A stretch of DNA of 64,000 bases from Geosiphon pyriformis uo1 (Eukaryota; Fungi; Glomeromycota), in NCBI GenBank assembly GCA_016748015.1, contig JAAOMT010000514.1:290487-354486 (forward strand), in the 5' to 3' direction. The notes below the pieces were generated by a model. That model was not told where the DNA came from. It searched no databases and worked only from the letters and a program-made list of their open reading frames with translations. The position numbers and the translations under genes are program-made. Position 1 is the first letter of the stretch, and every line of letters starts with the position of its first letter. This document shows, piece after piece, positions 40,847 through 55,161 of the stretch.

Positions 40847-41740
40847 ATATAGACTAGATGTGCACAACTAAGATTTGGAACTGGGATGGTAAAATGTCAT
40901 TAGGCTTCACCTTAGCTGGTTCTTCAGCAATGTGCACATTTATTATGAAATCATTTTACAATATGCTGCCAACAGCAGAGGTGCTATACAACAGACATCC
41001 CTTTGTATACCTGAATAATCTTTGCAAAATATGTCACAGGGAAGTGGAAACCAACTGGCACTTTTGGGAATGCTCTCTGAATACCCAAGAGGGCAAGACA
41101 CTAATTAATGATATAAGAGATATGTGGATATGGTGCCTTTCAGAGGCTGTGAAAAGGAGATGTGAAGCCCTAAACACTGATGAGAAGATTGTACTGTCTA
41201 ATAAATATAAATCTGCTATGTAAAGGATTGATCAATAAGCAATTTGGAAGAATCAATGCTTTTGCTAATATAGACCTAAGGACTAACAATAATATATTAA
41301 TTAAGGTGTGTAAATGGGCAATTACTCAAGCAAGGAATAGATTGTGGAGAGGATGTTGTAAATTGCAAACTGAATGGGAAAAATCAATGTGTATTGATAA
41401 CAGGATCAAGAGAAATCTATCTAATGGCTCCAACATACATAGTACTTCAAAGAATAGTGATAGGGATACTGGCAAACCCATAGTTAAAATAGGTGATGTA
41501 TTCACACAGTATAATAATATACTGACTAATGTTTTTTATGATAGGAGTACTTTGTGTAATAGTGTAATACCCCATAGATTTTCTGGTTATACTAGCATGT
41601 AGTTAGGCATAACTACTTAGTGGTTAGCCATATCTTGTAATATAGATTATTGGGTGAGTTGGCTTTATGAAAAAGTCATGCTTTTTGAGTGTGGCTAAAC
41701 TAATAAAAGACCAGCATGGCTACACATTAACAAAAAAAAA
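40847..41740 (+). mobile_element. LINE-B: 3' end of ORF2 (zinc finger), 3' UTR and poly(A)
   Basis: MLPTAEVL...LCKICHREVETNWHFWEC zinc finger, RNRLW motif, ends YTSM* at 41602, tail ...ggctacacattaac(A)n. Confidence 0.88.
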
Positions 41741-43615
41741 CAGTAGTTGACACAGAAGCATAAGTTCCACCTTTCTTGGATACCACTACAACTGGGAAAG
41801 CCCATTCACTCTTGGTTTTTTGTATGAATCCAAGATCTTTCATCCAGTTTAAGGCTTTAAATAGATGAGATGAGTTTCTTATGTGGTGATGGTGTGTTGT
41901 ATCACATGGGTTTGTCCAGGAGTATCACTTTCTTTTGAGATAACTGGGCTATTTCTAGTCAATAGATTTTCAATGTCCACTTTTCTTTCTTCAGAGAAAG
42001 GTTCTTTTTGTTTTATAACTAGTGATTGGATTTCAGGTGGTTTATTTTCAAAGGACTTCTGTACTTCTTTTAGTTCTTTTCTGGGTATCAAACTAATTGG
42101 CTCCCAATCTTTGTAATAGATTAGGCAGGACTTGCATTCATCACTAGGGAAATACAAAGATTTATTGCACTAGCACCTGGCACAAAAACCATGCCATCAA
42201 TAACTGTATTTTGCTTTCTTGCCAGGTTTTCTATCAAAAGTTCTTTTGAAGATATCATAGTAGGGCCAGCAGATTAGCTTGCCATTTACCAGAATTTCTT
42301 TTTTGTCAGCTTTAACATTTTCCAGTGGCTTGCCATTGCTTATGAAGATAGTATAGGTGAGTTCAGTAGTTTCTTCTTGTTCTTTTTGATCTTCTTTTTT
42401 ATTGCTCTCATCATCATCTGATTCATCTGATTGTTTTTTTTTTGGTTCTGCTTGGATACTGGAGGAGTTGTCCAATAATGGCACTTAACCACAATGGGTT
42501 TCTCACCACATCTAATGATTAGTTCACAGAGTTCATAATTAAGTAAGACTTTTTGCTTTCTTGAGCTATTCATTGCTAACTATTATGGTGTATTCTTTTG
42601 CTTCAGATACTTCTATGTCATTTTCAATGCTGATATCATTGATTCAGACAGGAACAGCTTTGGATTAATAGATAAAAATGGATACAATTGTACGGGATGT
42701 TCAGACATTAGTTATTAGTCTTGTAGATGGTTCATTAATCTTTCTGCCAATTGCTTCTAAGAAGTATTTGGCAATGACACTTATAGATGATCTACTGTCC
42801 AGGATCAGATCAATGAAATAACCAGCCACTTGGGCTTTACAAATGAGAGGGGTAACATTGCTGTTGTCAGCAAGTCTAGCTTGGCATGGGCATTTGTTGG
42901 TCTTTAGTGTCTTTTTCTTGAGAATCAAAGATTTGCAAAGGTCTTTTCTGAATTGGGGACAACAGAATAGGGTCCAGATTTTTGTATAATTTCTGGGGGT
43001 TCCAACTTTGGAGGATTTTTAAAAACTTTAGCCTTTGGTGGCTCATTGTTATCAACAGTTGATTTGGATGCCTTGTTTGGATCTATAATGAAATCAACCT
43101 TGGCTTTTTTCTTCTTTCTTGTTGATTCAGAAGTGTTGATTGCTAGTTCATCTATGTTATGGTTATCATCAGTTAGGTTAAGAGCATAAAAGGAGTTTTC
43201 TTCTGGTTGGCTTGCACTCTCATCCTTTGGAGGTGCATCTACCAGTTTAAAGGCTAATAAACAGTGGCTTCAACTAAGAAATCCTCTCCAAAGAAATTGA
43301 TGTTGGCATGATTGGGTCTTTGATTGGGGATATTGTTGTTGATGGTTCTGTTGTTTTGATTGTTATTGTTTCTGGGGGCTGGAGGAAGCAGGGGAGGATT
43401 GTTGCAATCTCTGGAGAAATGTCCAGTTAAGCCACAGTGATAACACACAGGTGGGCCACGATTTTGTTGTCTTTGATAAGGGGGTTGCTGGGGTTGATTA
43501 AAATGGGGTTCAAATCTGGGTCTTTGGGATTGTTGATTCTCTCTGACTGCTTGGGCTAAGGGTTCCAGTAACCAGGCAAGATTAGCTGTGAGTCTATCTA
43601 TTAACTGTTCATTTG

Positions 43616-46007
43616 TTTTTTTTGTTTTTTTTGTTAACATGTAGCCATACTGGTTGTTTATTAGTTAAGCCACAATAATATGGCAGTTTCATAAAGCCAG
43701 CTCACCCAATAATACAAAAATCACAAGATCCGGCTAACCATAAATGGAAAGCCCTAACTACACACTAATACTACCTTTGCTACCTAATATATCAAACATA
43801 TCTAATTCATACATCTTACCCATAATGCTAACAAGCTCATGACTATTCTTAACCATACCACTCATCCACTTAGCAGTCTGATTAGGACTGGATTTGATTC
43901 TAGAAGACTGATCTTCCCATAGGTGCATTATGACATTGAAGGTGTTATCATAAACTGAAAAATCTATTTTCATCATCATCATCATCAACATCATCAACCA
44001 TGTCATCAACATCTGATCCATTCTCCAAGCAAATCCACTCACTTATTGTCTCAAGATGTGTTTTGTTTAGCCAACCCATCCACACATTCCTTAACTGACA
44101 CATCTATGGCAGATGAAGTAGACAGCAATTTAGTAACCAATGCAACCAGAGCACCAACAGGTTCAACCAAGGATTTAATCAACACAGATAGTTCACTAAA
44201 GTGAGATTCAAGAGAAGCCAACCTAGATTCAACAGCAGTATTGGGAACAGAGGGGACAGCAGACAACACAGGTGTTGCAGTTTTGGGAAAACCACCAAGA
44301 TCCAATTCCATATCAGCAGCAGCAGCACCAGAAGGAACCACAAAAGCAGCAGCCTTGGCATAAGATTTAGATCTAACAAATGAAGATTTGAAATTTTTGG
44401 AGCCACTAAAGGTGTTGAAAGAGAGTTTAGGTGGGAGAGGAGGCAACTTCTTGCAGTCCACAGCCAAATAATTCAAGTCTTGACACCTGTAGTAGCGGTG
44501 ACACCCAGGAGTTTCTCACCAGATGTGACAACCACGCAAGGTACCAGTTTTTGACACAGCAACATTCAGAGATTCCAAAGAATCAAAGGTAACCACAGCA
44601 AAGCATTGACGTCGATAAGATTCAGGGGAGCAAGGAATGAAACATGTATGGTCACCAACTTGGGAGACCAAATCACTTATCTCAAAGGCAGTACAGCTAA
44701 ATAGAAAATTGACCAACTTAGCTTTGAATGCATCTCTTGAGGAAATAACCTCCTTTTGGTTGGCAATGGGAAGGATCCTAACACTATCTTTTCTGACCAA
44801 TACAGACCAGTTAGAGAGAGCAGCAGCAGCAGAAGAAATGTCCTTAAAATTAACCACAGCATATTGTCATAAGCTAGCAGGCTTCAACATAACAGAAATG
44901 ACAACACCAAAAATGCCAAGAGCAGTTTTGATGTCATCAGGAGAGGTATCCAAAGGTACATCGCACAGTGCAACCAACAAGAAAGGAGAAGAAACAGAGG
45001 CCACTCCAGAAGACCATGCAATCTTAAGAGTGGTCAAAAAAACATCATTACTAATGGCCACTCTGGTGGCACCATTTAGACTCTCCTGAGATGCAAATTC
45101 CACACAGAACAACTTGACAGCATCTTGTAAAACTGATTTAAGCCCAATACAACCAGGCAGCAGCTGAAACAAGGAACTAAGAAGAGCCATCTTGATCTTG
45201 AATGTGGCACCAGGCACAAGAGTAGAGGCCACCCACTCAGAGAATCTTTGACAACTATTCACATTCTCCCAAGCACCAGCATCAGCTGCACCAGAAACTG
45301 GGGGGGAACAGTTGATTCCATTTCCATCTGATCAGCCCAATCTTTGAGATCATCTAAAATGATAAGCTGTTTTGCTTCCATGGCAGGAGATGATCTGCTG
45401 GAGATTACCACATTAGGCAACACAGCCAATGGTTGATCTTGCTTCATATTAGGAGTTGAGCTGTTGCTATTGACATTCATATCAGAAAGAGGGCTGGCTG
45501 CTGCTGTGGAGATCTTACCCAAGATCTCATCTGGAACTACAAAGGGGTTTGGTATGACCATAGCAGTTGCAACTGCTTGCTGCTGTTTTTTGGAATTTTT
45601 GGCTTTTGCAGCCATTTGTGAAGCAGAGGTAGTAAAAGTAGTGAGAGTGGTGAAAGCAGGAAAGACCAACTTGTTAACTGATCTGTTATTAAAAATCTTT
45701 GGGCTTTTAAAAGTAGTAGAGACAACACTGAGACTAACCCGAGTGTGCTTTTTTGAAGAAACTTTGACTGGAGAAGAACTACCAGCCAAAGGAGAAAAAA
45801 ATAAACCAAAAGCTGCTAAAGGCAGCTTTTCACTAATGTTTTTTAAAGGAAATGTAACCAGAATGTTTTGTCTAGTTGCTTCAATAACAGAGAGACCCTC
45901 TTATGTTGAAACTTTATTAGTTACTATAAGAAAAGTACTGTTTGCAACTTTTTTACTCTTAGCTCTAGTCATGGTTATAAAAATTAGGAGAAAAAGAGTT
46001 TTTTCTT
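43616..46007 (-). mobile_element. ORF1-only (HAL1-like) element, full length
   Basis: Poly(A) tail and 12-bp TSD actgttcatttg (43604-43615) / actgtttatttg (46008-46019). Single ORF1 with RRM-like regions, CCHC, coiled coil and acidic tract. No RT. Confidence 0.92.
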
Positions 46008-47137
46008 ACTGTTTATTTGGATCTTGAGTTTGGGCAGCAAAAGAAGTAGCAGCCATTTGGAGAGCAGGAGCCATAACAGGAGCAGGAGCAAAAACTAGAA
46101 GTGTGGATCCCAAGTGCATCCTTTGGTTGTCTTCAATTCATTGGGCAAGTTCAATGGCCATGTCCATTGTGGAATTGTCTTTTAGGGCCAGAAGAGGCCA
46201 AAGAACATAGGACAGATCTGTTCTCAATTCTTTTGTAAAAGAATGAATTTTTTGTTCCTCTGTCCAGTTTCTTTTAGAGTCTACTCTTTTAATTAACTTT
46301 TTGATGACTTTGGCATATTCAGTTACCACTTTACCAGGACCTTGGGTTCTTCTTTCTAGTTCCATGTGCCATTTAGATATCAAGATAGGAGTTCTAAATT
46401 CCATTTCAAACTGGGTAATAAAAGAGGTGTTGTCTTCTCTGGCATTTGCTGGTGCCCATCTAATGATTCTTTGCATTGGTTTCTTGTGAAAACCAAGTAG
46501 CAGGTGAGCCTTAAAGGTAGCCACCAATGATTTGGAACTTATATTCATTATCATATTGGTTGGTCATGGCAGCTCTTTTAAAGTCATCCAACCATTCAAT
46601 TGGATCTTGTATATTACCTTTAAACAAGGGTAATAGAGTGTTGTTTCTTCTTCCCAAAGCAGTTTGTATGCCTTGGTTCAGGAGTTACTGTTTGAGTAGA
46701 ATAATCTGATTTACTTGAGAAGAGATCAAAAACAGGAGTGGTTTGATAGCTTTCTACTTCTGTTTCAAGAGAAGTTTCAGTTGATTAATGGCCAGCAATC
46801 CAAGTATGAATTTAATAATTCAGATATTTGAAATCAGGAGGCTGTTGTTCAAAGGTTGTAAAATATAAAAGCTGATTGATGCTGTTGTTTTTTTCTTCAA
46901 AGTTGTCTTCAAAATAAGCTTGATCAAAGTAATAAGTTATATAGACTGTGTAGATTTTAGCTGAATGCTCATTCAGAAACCAGTTCCAAAAGTCTTAAAA
47001 TTGTTTGCTGAATTGTTTTTCAATGGGAAAGCAAATCAAACAAAAGGGCAAAGAATTGAGTTCAATAAAGTCTAGATTGTTTTTGTTGTGTACTTCAAAG
47101 TGTTCTTCTGATTGTTGTGGCAGATATAAATAATTAT

Positions 47138-50100
47138 AAAAAACTTTTTCTCTCCTAATTTTCATGACCATGAATAGAGCTAAGAGTAAAAAAGTTGCTA
47201 ATGTTACTTTTCCTATAGTAACTAATAAAGTGTCAACACGAGAGGATCTCTGTTATTGAAGCAGCTAGACAAAACATTCTGCCAACATTTCCCTTAAAAA
47301 ATATTAGTGATAAGCTGCCTTTAGCGGCTTCTGGTTCATTTTCTTTTCCTTTGGCTGGAAGTTCTTCTCCAGTCAAAGTTCCTTCAAAAAGGCACACTCG
47401 AGTTAGTTCCAGTGTTGTCTCTACCACTTCAAAAAGCCCAAAGATTTTTAATAACAGACCAGTTAACAAGTTGGTCTTTTCTGCTCTCACCACTCTAACT
47501 ACTATTTTTTTTTCTTTTTTTTTTTTTGTTAATGTGTAGCCATGCTGGTTGTTTATTAGTTGAGCCACAGTAAATGTGGCAGTTTCACAAAGCCAACTCA
47601 CCCAATAATACAAAAATCACAAGATGTAGCTAACCACAAGTGGAAAGCCCTAACTACACGCTAGTACTAACTTTGCTACCTAATGTATCAAACATATCTA
47701 ATTCATACATTTTACCCATAATGCTAACAAGCTCATGACTATTCTTAACCATACCACTCATCCACTTAGCAGTCTGATCAGGACTGGATTTGATTCTTAA
47801 AGGCTGATTCTTCTATAGGTACATCATGACATCAAAGGTGTTATCATAAACTGAAAAATCTTTATTTTCATCATCATCATCATCAACATCATCAACCATG
47901 TCATCAACATCTGATCCATTCTCCAAGCAAATCTGCTCACTTATTGTCTCAAGACATGTTAATCTTTTTTGCATCATGGTGGCAACAGCAGCCAAGCCTT
48001 TATTTTGCTTAGCCAATCCATTTACACATTCCTTAACTGACACATCCACGGCAGATGGAATAGACAGCAATTTGGTAACCAATGCAACCAGGATTTAATC
48101 AACACAGATAGTTCACTAAAGTGGGATTCAAGAGAAGCCAACCTAGATTCAACAGCAGTATTGGGAACAGAGGGGACAGCAGACAACACAGGTGTTGTAG
48201 TTTTGGAAGGCCCACCAAGATCCAATTCCATATTAGCAGCAGCAACACCAGAAGGAATCACAAAAGCAGCAGCTTTGGCATATGATTTAGATCTACCAAA
48301 TGAAGATTTGAAATTTTTGGGGCCACCAAAGGTGTTGGAAGGGAGTTTAGGTGGGAGAGGAGGCAACTTCTTGCAGTCCACAGCCAAATGATTCAAGTCT
48401 TAACACCTGTAGCAGTGGCAACACCCAGGAGTTTCCCATCAGATGCAACAACCATGCAAGATACCAGTTTTTGACACAGCAACATTCAGAGATTCCAAAG
48501 AATCAAAGGTAACCACAGCAAAGTGTTGACGTCAATAAGATTCAGGGGAGCAAGGAATGAAGCATGTATGGTCACCAACTTGCGAGACCAAATAACTTAT
48601 CTCAAAGGCAGTACAGCTAAATAGAAAATTGACCAACTTAGCTTTGAATGCATCTCTTGAGGAGATAACCTCCTTTTGGTTGGCAATAGGAAGGATCCTA
48701 ACACTATCTTTTCTGACCAATACAGACCAGTTAGAGAGAGCAGCAGCAGCAGAAGAAATGTCCTTAAAATCAACCACAGCATATTGTCATAAGCCAGCAG
48801 GCTTCAACTTAACAGAAATGACAACACCAAAAATACCAAGAGCAGTTTTGATGTCATCAGAAAAGGTACCCAAAGGTACATCATGCAGTGCAACTAACAA
48901 GGAAGAGGAAGAAACAGAGGCCACTCCAGATGACTGTGCAATCTTAAGGGTGGTCAAAAAAACCTCATCACCAATGACCACTTTGGTAGCATCATTTAGA
49001 CACTTCTGAGATGCAAATTCCACACAGAACAACTTGACAGCATCTCGTAAAACAGACTTAAGCCCAATACAACTAGGCAGCAACTGAAACAAAGAACTGA
49101 GCAAAGCCAACTTGATCTTAAACGTAGTACCAGGTACAAGATTGGAGGCCACCCAACCAAAGAACCTTTGATGACCATTCACATTCTCCCAAGCACTAGC
49201 ATCAGCTGCACCAGAAACTGGGGGAGGAACAGTTGATTCCATTTCCATCTAATCAGCCCAATCTTTGAGATCATCTGGATTGATGGGCTGTTTTGCTACT
49301 GGGATTGGCAATGATCTGCTGGAAAGTACCACATCAGACAGCACAGCCAGTGGTTGATCTTGGCCCATCTTAGGAGATGTGCTGCTGCTGTTGCCATCCA
49401 TATCAGGAAGAGGGCTGGCTGCTGCTGTGGAAATCTTACCAAAGATCTCATTTGGAACCACAAAGGGGTTCCATGTGACCATAGCAGTTGTGACTGTCTG
49501 CTGCTGTTTTTTGGAATTTTTTGCTTTTGCGGCCATTTGTGAAGCAGTAGTTGTAGAAGTAGTAGTAGAAGTGGTGAGAGCAGAAAAGACCAACTTGTTG
49601 ACTGGTCTGTTATTAAAAATCTTAGGGCTTTTTAAAGTGGTGGAGACAACACTGGGACTAACCTAATGTGTCTTTTGGAAGGAACTTTGACTGGAGAAGA
49701 GTTACCAGCCAAAGGTAAAGACAATGAACCAGAAGCCACTAAAAGCAGCTTATTACTAGTATTTTTTAAAGAAAATGTTGCCAGAATGTTTTGTCTAGCT
49801 GCTATAATAACAGAGAGACCCTCTTATGTTGAAACTTTATTAGTTACTATAAGAAAAGTACTGTTTGTAACTTTTTTACTCTTAGCTCTAGTCATGGTCA
49901 TGAAAATTAGGAGAGAAAGAGTTTTTTTCATACTTCTCACTACTACTTCTACTACTACTGCTTCACAAATGGCCGCAAAAGCAAAAAATCCCAAAAAACA
50001 GCAGCAAGCAATCACAACTGCTATGGTCACACTGAACCCCTTTGTGGTTCCAGATGAGATCTTCAGTAAGATTTTCACAGCAGCAGCCAGCCCTCTTCCT

Positions 50101-52015
50101 GATATGGATGGCAATAGCAGCAGCACATCTCCTAAGATGGGCCAAGATCAACCACTGGCTGTGTTGCCTGATGTGGTACTCTCTGGCAGATTATCACCAA
50201 TCCCAGTAGCAAAACAGTCCATCAATCCAGATGATCTCAAAGATTGGGCTGATCAGATAGAAATGGAATCAACTGTTCCCCCCCAGTTTCTTGTGCAGCT
50301 GATGCTGGTGCTTGGGAAAATGTGAATGGTCATCAAAGGTTCTCTGGTTGGGTGGCCTCCAATCTTGTACCTGGTACTACGTTTAAGATCAAGTTGGCTT
50401 TGCTCAGTTCCTTGTTTCAGTTGCTGCCTGGTTGTATTGGGCTTAAGTCTGTTTCACGAGAAGCTGTCAAGTTGTTCTGTGTGGAATTTGCATCTCAGGA
50501 GTGTCTAAATGGTGCTACCAAAGTGGTCATTGGTGATGAAGTTTTTTTGACCACTCTTAAGATTGCATGGTTGTCTGGAGTTGCCTCTGATTCTTCCCCT
50601 TTCTTGTCAGTTGCATTGTGTGATGTACCTTTGGGTACCTCTTCTGATGACATCAAAACTCCTCTTGGCATTTTTGGTGTTGTCACTTCTGTTAAGTTGA
50701 AGCTTGCTGGCTTATGACAATACGCTGTGGTTAAATTTAAGGACATTTTTTCTGCTGCTGCTGCTCTCTCTAACTGGTCTGTATTGGTCAGAAAAGATAG
50801 TGTTAGGATCCTTTCTATTGCCAACCAAAAGGAGGTTATCTCCTCAAGAGATGCATTCAAAGCTAAGTTGGTCAATTTTCTATTTAGCTGTACTGCCTTT
50901 GAGATAAGTGATTTGGTCTCCCAAGTTGGTGACCGTACATGTTTCATTTCTTGCTCCCCTGAATCTTATCAAAATCAACACTTTGCTGTGGTTACCTTTG
51001 ATTCTTTGGAATCTCTGAATGTTGCTGTGTCAAAAACTGGTATCTTGCATGGTTGTTGCATCTGATGGGAAACTCCTGGGTGTTGTCACTGCTACAGGTG
51101 TCAAGACTTGAATCATTTGGCTGTGGATTGCAAGAAGTTGTCTCCTCTTCCACCTAAATTTCCTTCCAACACCTTTGGTGGCCCCAAAAATTTCAAATCT
51201 TCATTTGTTGGATCCAAATCTTATGCCAAGGCTGCTGCTTTTGTGGTTCCTTCTGGTGCTGCTGCTGCTGATATGGAATTGAATCTTGGTGGTTCTTCTG
51301 AAACTGCAACACCTGTGTTGCCTGCTGTCTCCTCTGTTCTCAATACTGCTGTTGAATCTAGGTTGGCTTCTCTTGAATCCCACCTTAGTGAACTATCTGT
51401 GTTGATTAAATCCTTGGTTGAACCTGTTGGTGCTCTGGTTGCATTGGTTACCAAATTGCTGTTTACTCCATCTGCCATGGATGTGTCAGTTAAGGAATGT
51501 GTAGATGGGTTGGCTAAGCAAAATAAAGGCTTGACTGCTGTTGCCACCATGATGTAGAAAAGATTAACACGTCTTGAGACAATAAGTGAACAGATTTATT
51601 TGGAGAATGGATCAGATGTTGATGACATGGTTGATGATGTTGATGATGATGATGATGAAGATAAAGATTTTTCAGTTTATGATAACACCTTCAATGTCAT
51701 GATGCACCTATGGAAAGATCAGCCTTTAAGAATCAAATCCAGTCCTGATCAGACTGCTAAGTGGATGAGTGGTATGGTTAAGAATAGTCATGAGCTTGTT
51801 AGCATTATGAGTAAAATGTATGAATTAGATATGTTTGATACATTAGGTAGCAAAGATAGTACTAGCATGTAGTTAGGACTTTTCACTTGTGGTTAACCGC
51901 ATCTTGTGATATTTGTATTATTGGGTGAGCTGGCTTTATGAAACTGCCACATTACTGTGGCTTAACTAATAAACGACCAGTGTGGCTACACGTTAACAAA
52001 AAAATAAAAAATAAA
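47138..52015 (+). mobile_element. ORF1-only element, full length, split by a nested antisense copy
   Basis: Perfect TSD atataaataattat at 47124-47137 and 52016-52029. 5' part 47138-47504, 3' part ~49934-52015. Confidence 0.92.
47505..49928 (-). mobile_element. ORF1-only element, full length, nested in the (ACT)n tract of the previous copy
   Basis: Long poly(T) at 47505-47527, 5' end at ~49928, imperfect ~12-bp TSD ending actacta. Confidence 0.9.
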
Positions 52016-52035
52016 ATATAAATAATTATCTATAC

Positions 52036-52678
52036 TGTTTTGGTTGAAACCCATAATTTTTATTAGTTATCACATGTATTAGCCACTGATGTCATATAAT
52101 TAGCCACTCTATTTTTAGATAGTGATCATTGATCTGATCAATGACCTGACCGTTGACCATTTTCATTAGCTATATAAGTGATGAGTCTTTTAGCTGTAGA
52201 AAATCATCTTTCAGACAAGAATCAAATAAATAAAAATAACAACTTTCATTTCAATTACTCTCTTATCACTAATTTCTCTTTCTCTACCTTCAAGTATCCA
52301 AACATCTTAGGATAAAAGATTACTTGTTGGCCTTTTCCTAACGTATATAATTGTAGTATTTGAAGATTATTTGAATAAACATGACTGAAAAGCACAAGTT
52401 GATATCTGATATTGAATTCTAAGAGTGCTGATGTGAGGCATAGAATTATACCAGTGGTTATCAATTGTTGACAGTATGGACTATCCCTCTACCTTCAGAT
52501 TCCTTTGTTACCTTTTGAAAAGAATAGTGACTGAGATATTTTATGAGACTGATCTCACACATTGAATTCATACTCATTCAATTTGCTTATTGAAGTTGAA
52601 TCCCCTTTGATTATTTCCATTACCCTACAATCCTGTTCTCCCTTGCTATCTGTTAGCTTGTTACTCCAACCCATAACA
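52036..52678 (+). mobile_element. Gypsy-B solo LTR
   Basis: TGTT...TAACA termini, TSD ATAC on both sides. Confidence 0.92.
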
Positions 52679-55161
52679 ATACAATAGAAAACAAGGTGAA
52701 TTTTGACAACCTCATAGGAAGCACTACTTTTATGTTATGAGTTGGAGTAACAAACTTACAGATAGCAAAGAAGAACAGGATTGTAGAGTGATGGAAATAA
52801 TTAAAGAGATTTCAACTTCAAAGAGCGAATTGAATAAGTAAAAATTCAATGTGCAAGATCAGTCTCATAAAATATCTCAGTTACTGTACTTTTCAAAAGA
52901 TAACTGGAGAATCTGAAGGTAGAGGAATAGTCCATACTGTCAACAAATGATCATGCCTGGTATAATTCTATGTCTCACATTGGTACTTTTAGAATTCAAT
53001 ATCAGGTATTAAATGTGTTTTTCAGTCATGTTTTATTCAATAATCTTCAAATACTACAATAATTTATTTCAAAAAAATGGTAGGTAAAGGCCAACAAGTA
53101 ATCTTTTATCCCAAGATGTTCAGATACTTGAAGGTAAGGAAAGGGAAATTAGTGATAAGAGAAGAATTGAGATAAAGTTGTTATTTTATTTTATTTCTTT
53201 CTTTGATTCCTACATGCTTTTTTACAGCTAAGAGATTCATTGCTTATATAGTTATCAAAAGTATTCAATGATTAGGTCAATGACTAGATCAATAATCAGG
53301 TCAATGGTCAAGTTATTGATCAGGTCAATGATCACTTTCTAAAAATAGAGTGGCTAATTTATATGACATCAGTGGCTAATACATGTGATAATTAATAAAA
53401 AGTATAAGTTTCAATCATAACAGTATTATCTTGTTAACAATTATGGACTATTTATGAAACTGATCACACATATTGAATCCTTACTTATTCAATTTACTCC
53501 CTTATTGTAATTTTCTCTTTAATTATTTCTATCACCCTATAATCCTGTTCTCTCTTGCTATTCATTAGCTTGCTACTTCAACCTGTAACATAAAAGTGGT
53601 ACTCCCTGTGAAGTTGTTAAAATTCACTTTGTTTCTTATTGTATAGATGATTATTTATACTTGCCACAACAATCAAAAAAACACTTTGAAGCATACAACA
53701 TAAATGACCTAAACTTTATTAATCTCAATCCTTTGCTCTCCTGCTTGATTTGCTTCTCCATTAAGAACAATTCAATAAATAATTCCAAGACTTTTGGAAC
53801 TGGTTCTTGAATGAGCATTCAGCTGAAACCTACACAGCCTATACGACCTATTACTTTAACCAAGCTTATTTTGAAGACAACTTTGAAGAAAGAAACAACA
53901 ACATCAATTAGCTTTTATATTCCACAACCTTTGAACAACAGCCTTCTGATTTCGAATATCTGAATCACCAAATTCACATTTGGATTGCTGTCTATCAGCT
54001 AGCTGAAACTCTCTTTAAAACAGAAAAAGAAAGCTATCAAACCACTCCTGTTTTTAATCTCTTTTTAAGTAAATCAGAATATTCTACACAAACAACTACT
54101 CCTGAACCAATGGCTAATGACTCTATGTAACAAAACATTCTGGCTGCCCTCTAAGGCATACAAACTGCTTTAGAGCAAAGAAACAATACTCCATTACTTT
54201 TATTCAGAGATGATGCACAAGACCCAATTAAATGGTTGGATGATTTTGAAAGAGCAGCCACTGCAAACCAGTATGATGATGAATACAAGTTCCAAATTGT
54301 TGGTGGCTACCTTCAAGGCTCTTCTGCTACTTGGTTCTCACAAAAAACTAATGCTGGTGCTCACCAAAGAATTATTAAATGGACACTAACAAATATTGGA
54401 AAAGAAAACACTTCTTTCACAACCCAGTTTAAAACTAAATTTAGAACTTCCATATTAATCTCAAAATGGCATATGGAACTGAAAAGAAGAACCCAAAGTT
54501 CTAGTGAAGTTGTAACTTAGTATGCCAAAGCAATTAGAAAGTTAATTAAGCAGATAGACCCTGGAAGAAACTGGACAGAAAAACAGAAAATTCACTCCTT
54601 TACAAATGGATTGAGAACTGATCTTTCATATGCTCTTTGGCCCCTTCTGGCCCTAAAAGACAATTTCACAATAGATATGGCCATTGAACTTGTCCAGAGA
54701 ATAAAAGACAATCAAAGAATGCACCTAAGATCCACACTTTTAGTTTTTGCTCCTGCTCTTGTTATGGCTTCTGCTCTCCAAATGGCTGCTATCTTCTTTG
54801 CTGCCCAAACTCAAGACCCAAATGAATAGTTGATAGATAGACTTACAATCAATCTTGCCCAGTTACTGAAACTCTTAGCACAAGCAGTTAAAGATAATCA
54901 GCAACCACAAAGACCCAAATTTGAATCCCATTTTAATCAGCCCCAGCAATCTTCTTATCAAAGACAACAAAATCGTGGCCCATCTGTGTGTTATTACTGT
55001 GAATTAACTCCAGAGATTACAACAATCCTCCTTTGTCTTCTCCAGCTCCTAGAAATAATAATAACCAGAACAACAGAATTAACAACAACAATGTCCCTAA
55101 TCAAAGACCTAATTATGCCAACATTAATTTCTTTGAAGAGGATCCCTTAGTTGAAGCTACT

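Larger units (their letters stand above)
41741..53422 (-). mobile_element. Gypsy-B copy 2 (5' LTR 52733-53422, gag, protease, start of RT), host of ORF1-only insertions and a solo LTR
   Basis: Colinear with 35620-40846 once the inserts at 43616-46007, 47138-52015 and 52036-52678 are removed. Confidence 0.88.

Noticed and set aside
49666-50325. 219-aa ORF that looks like a novel membrane protein
   Set aside because: It is an artefactual fusion of the antisense frame of the nested copy with the sense ORF1 of the host copy.
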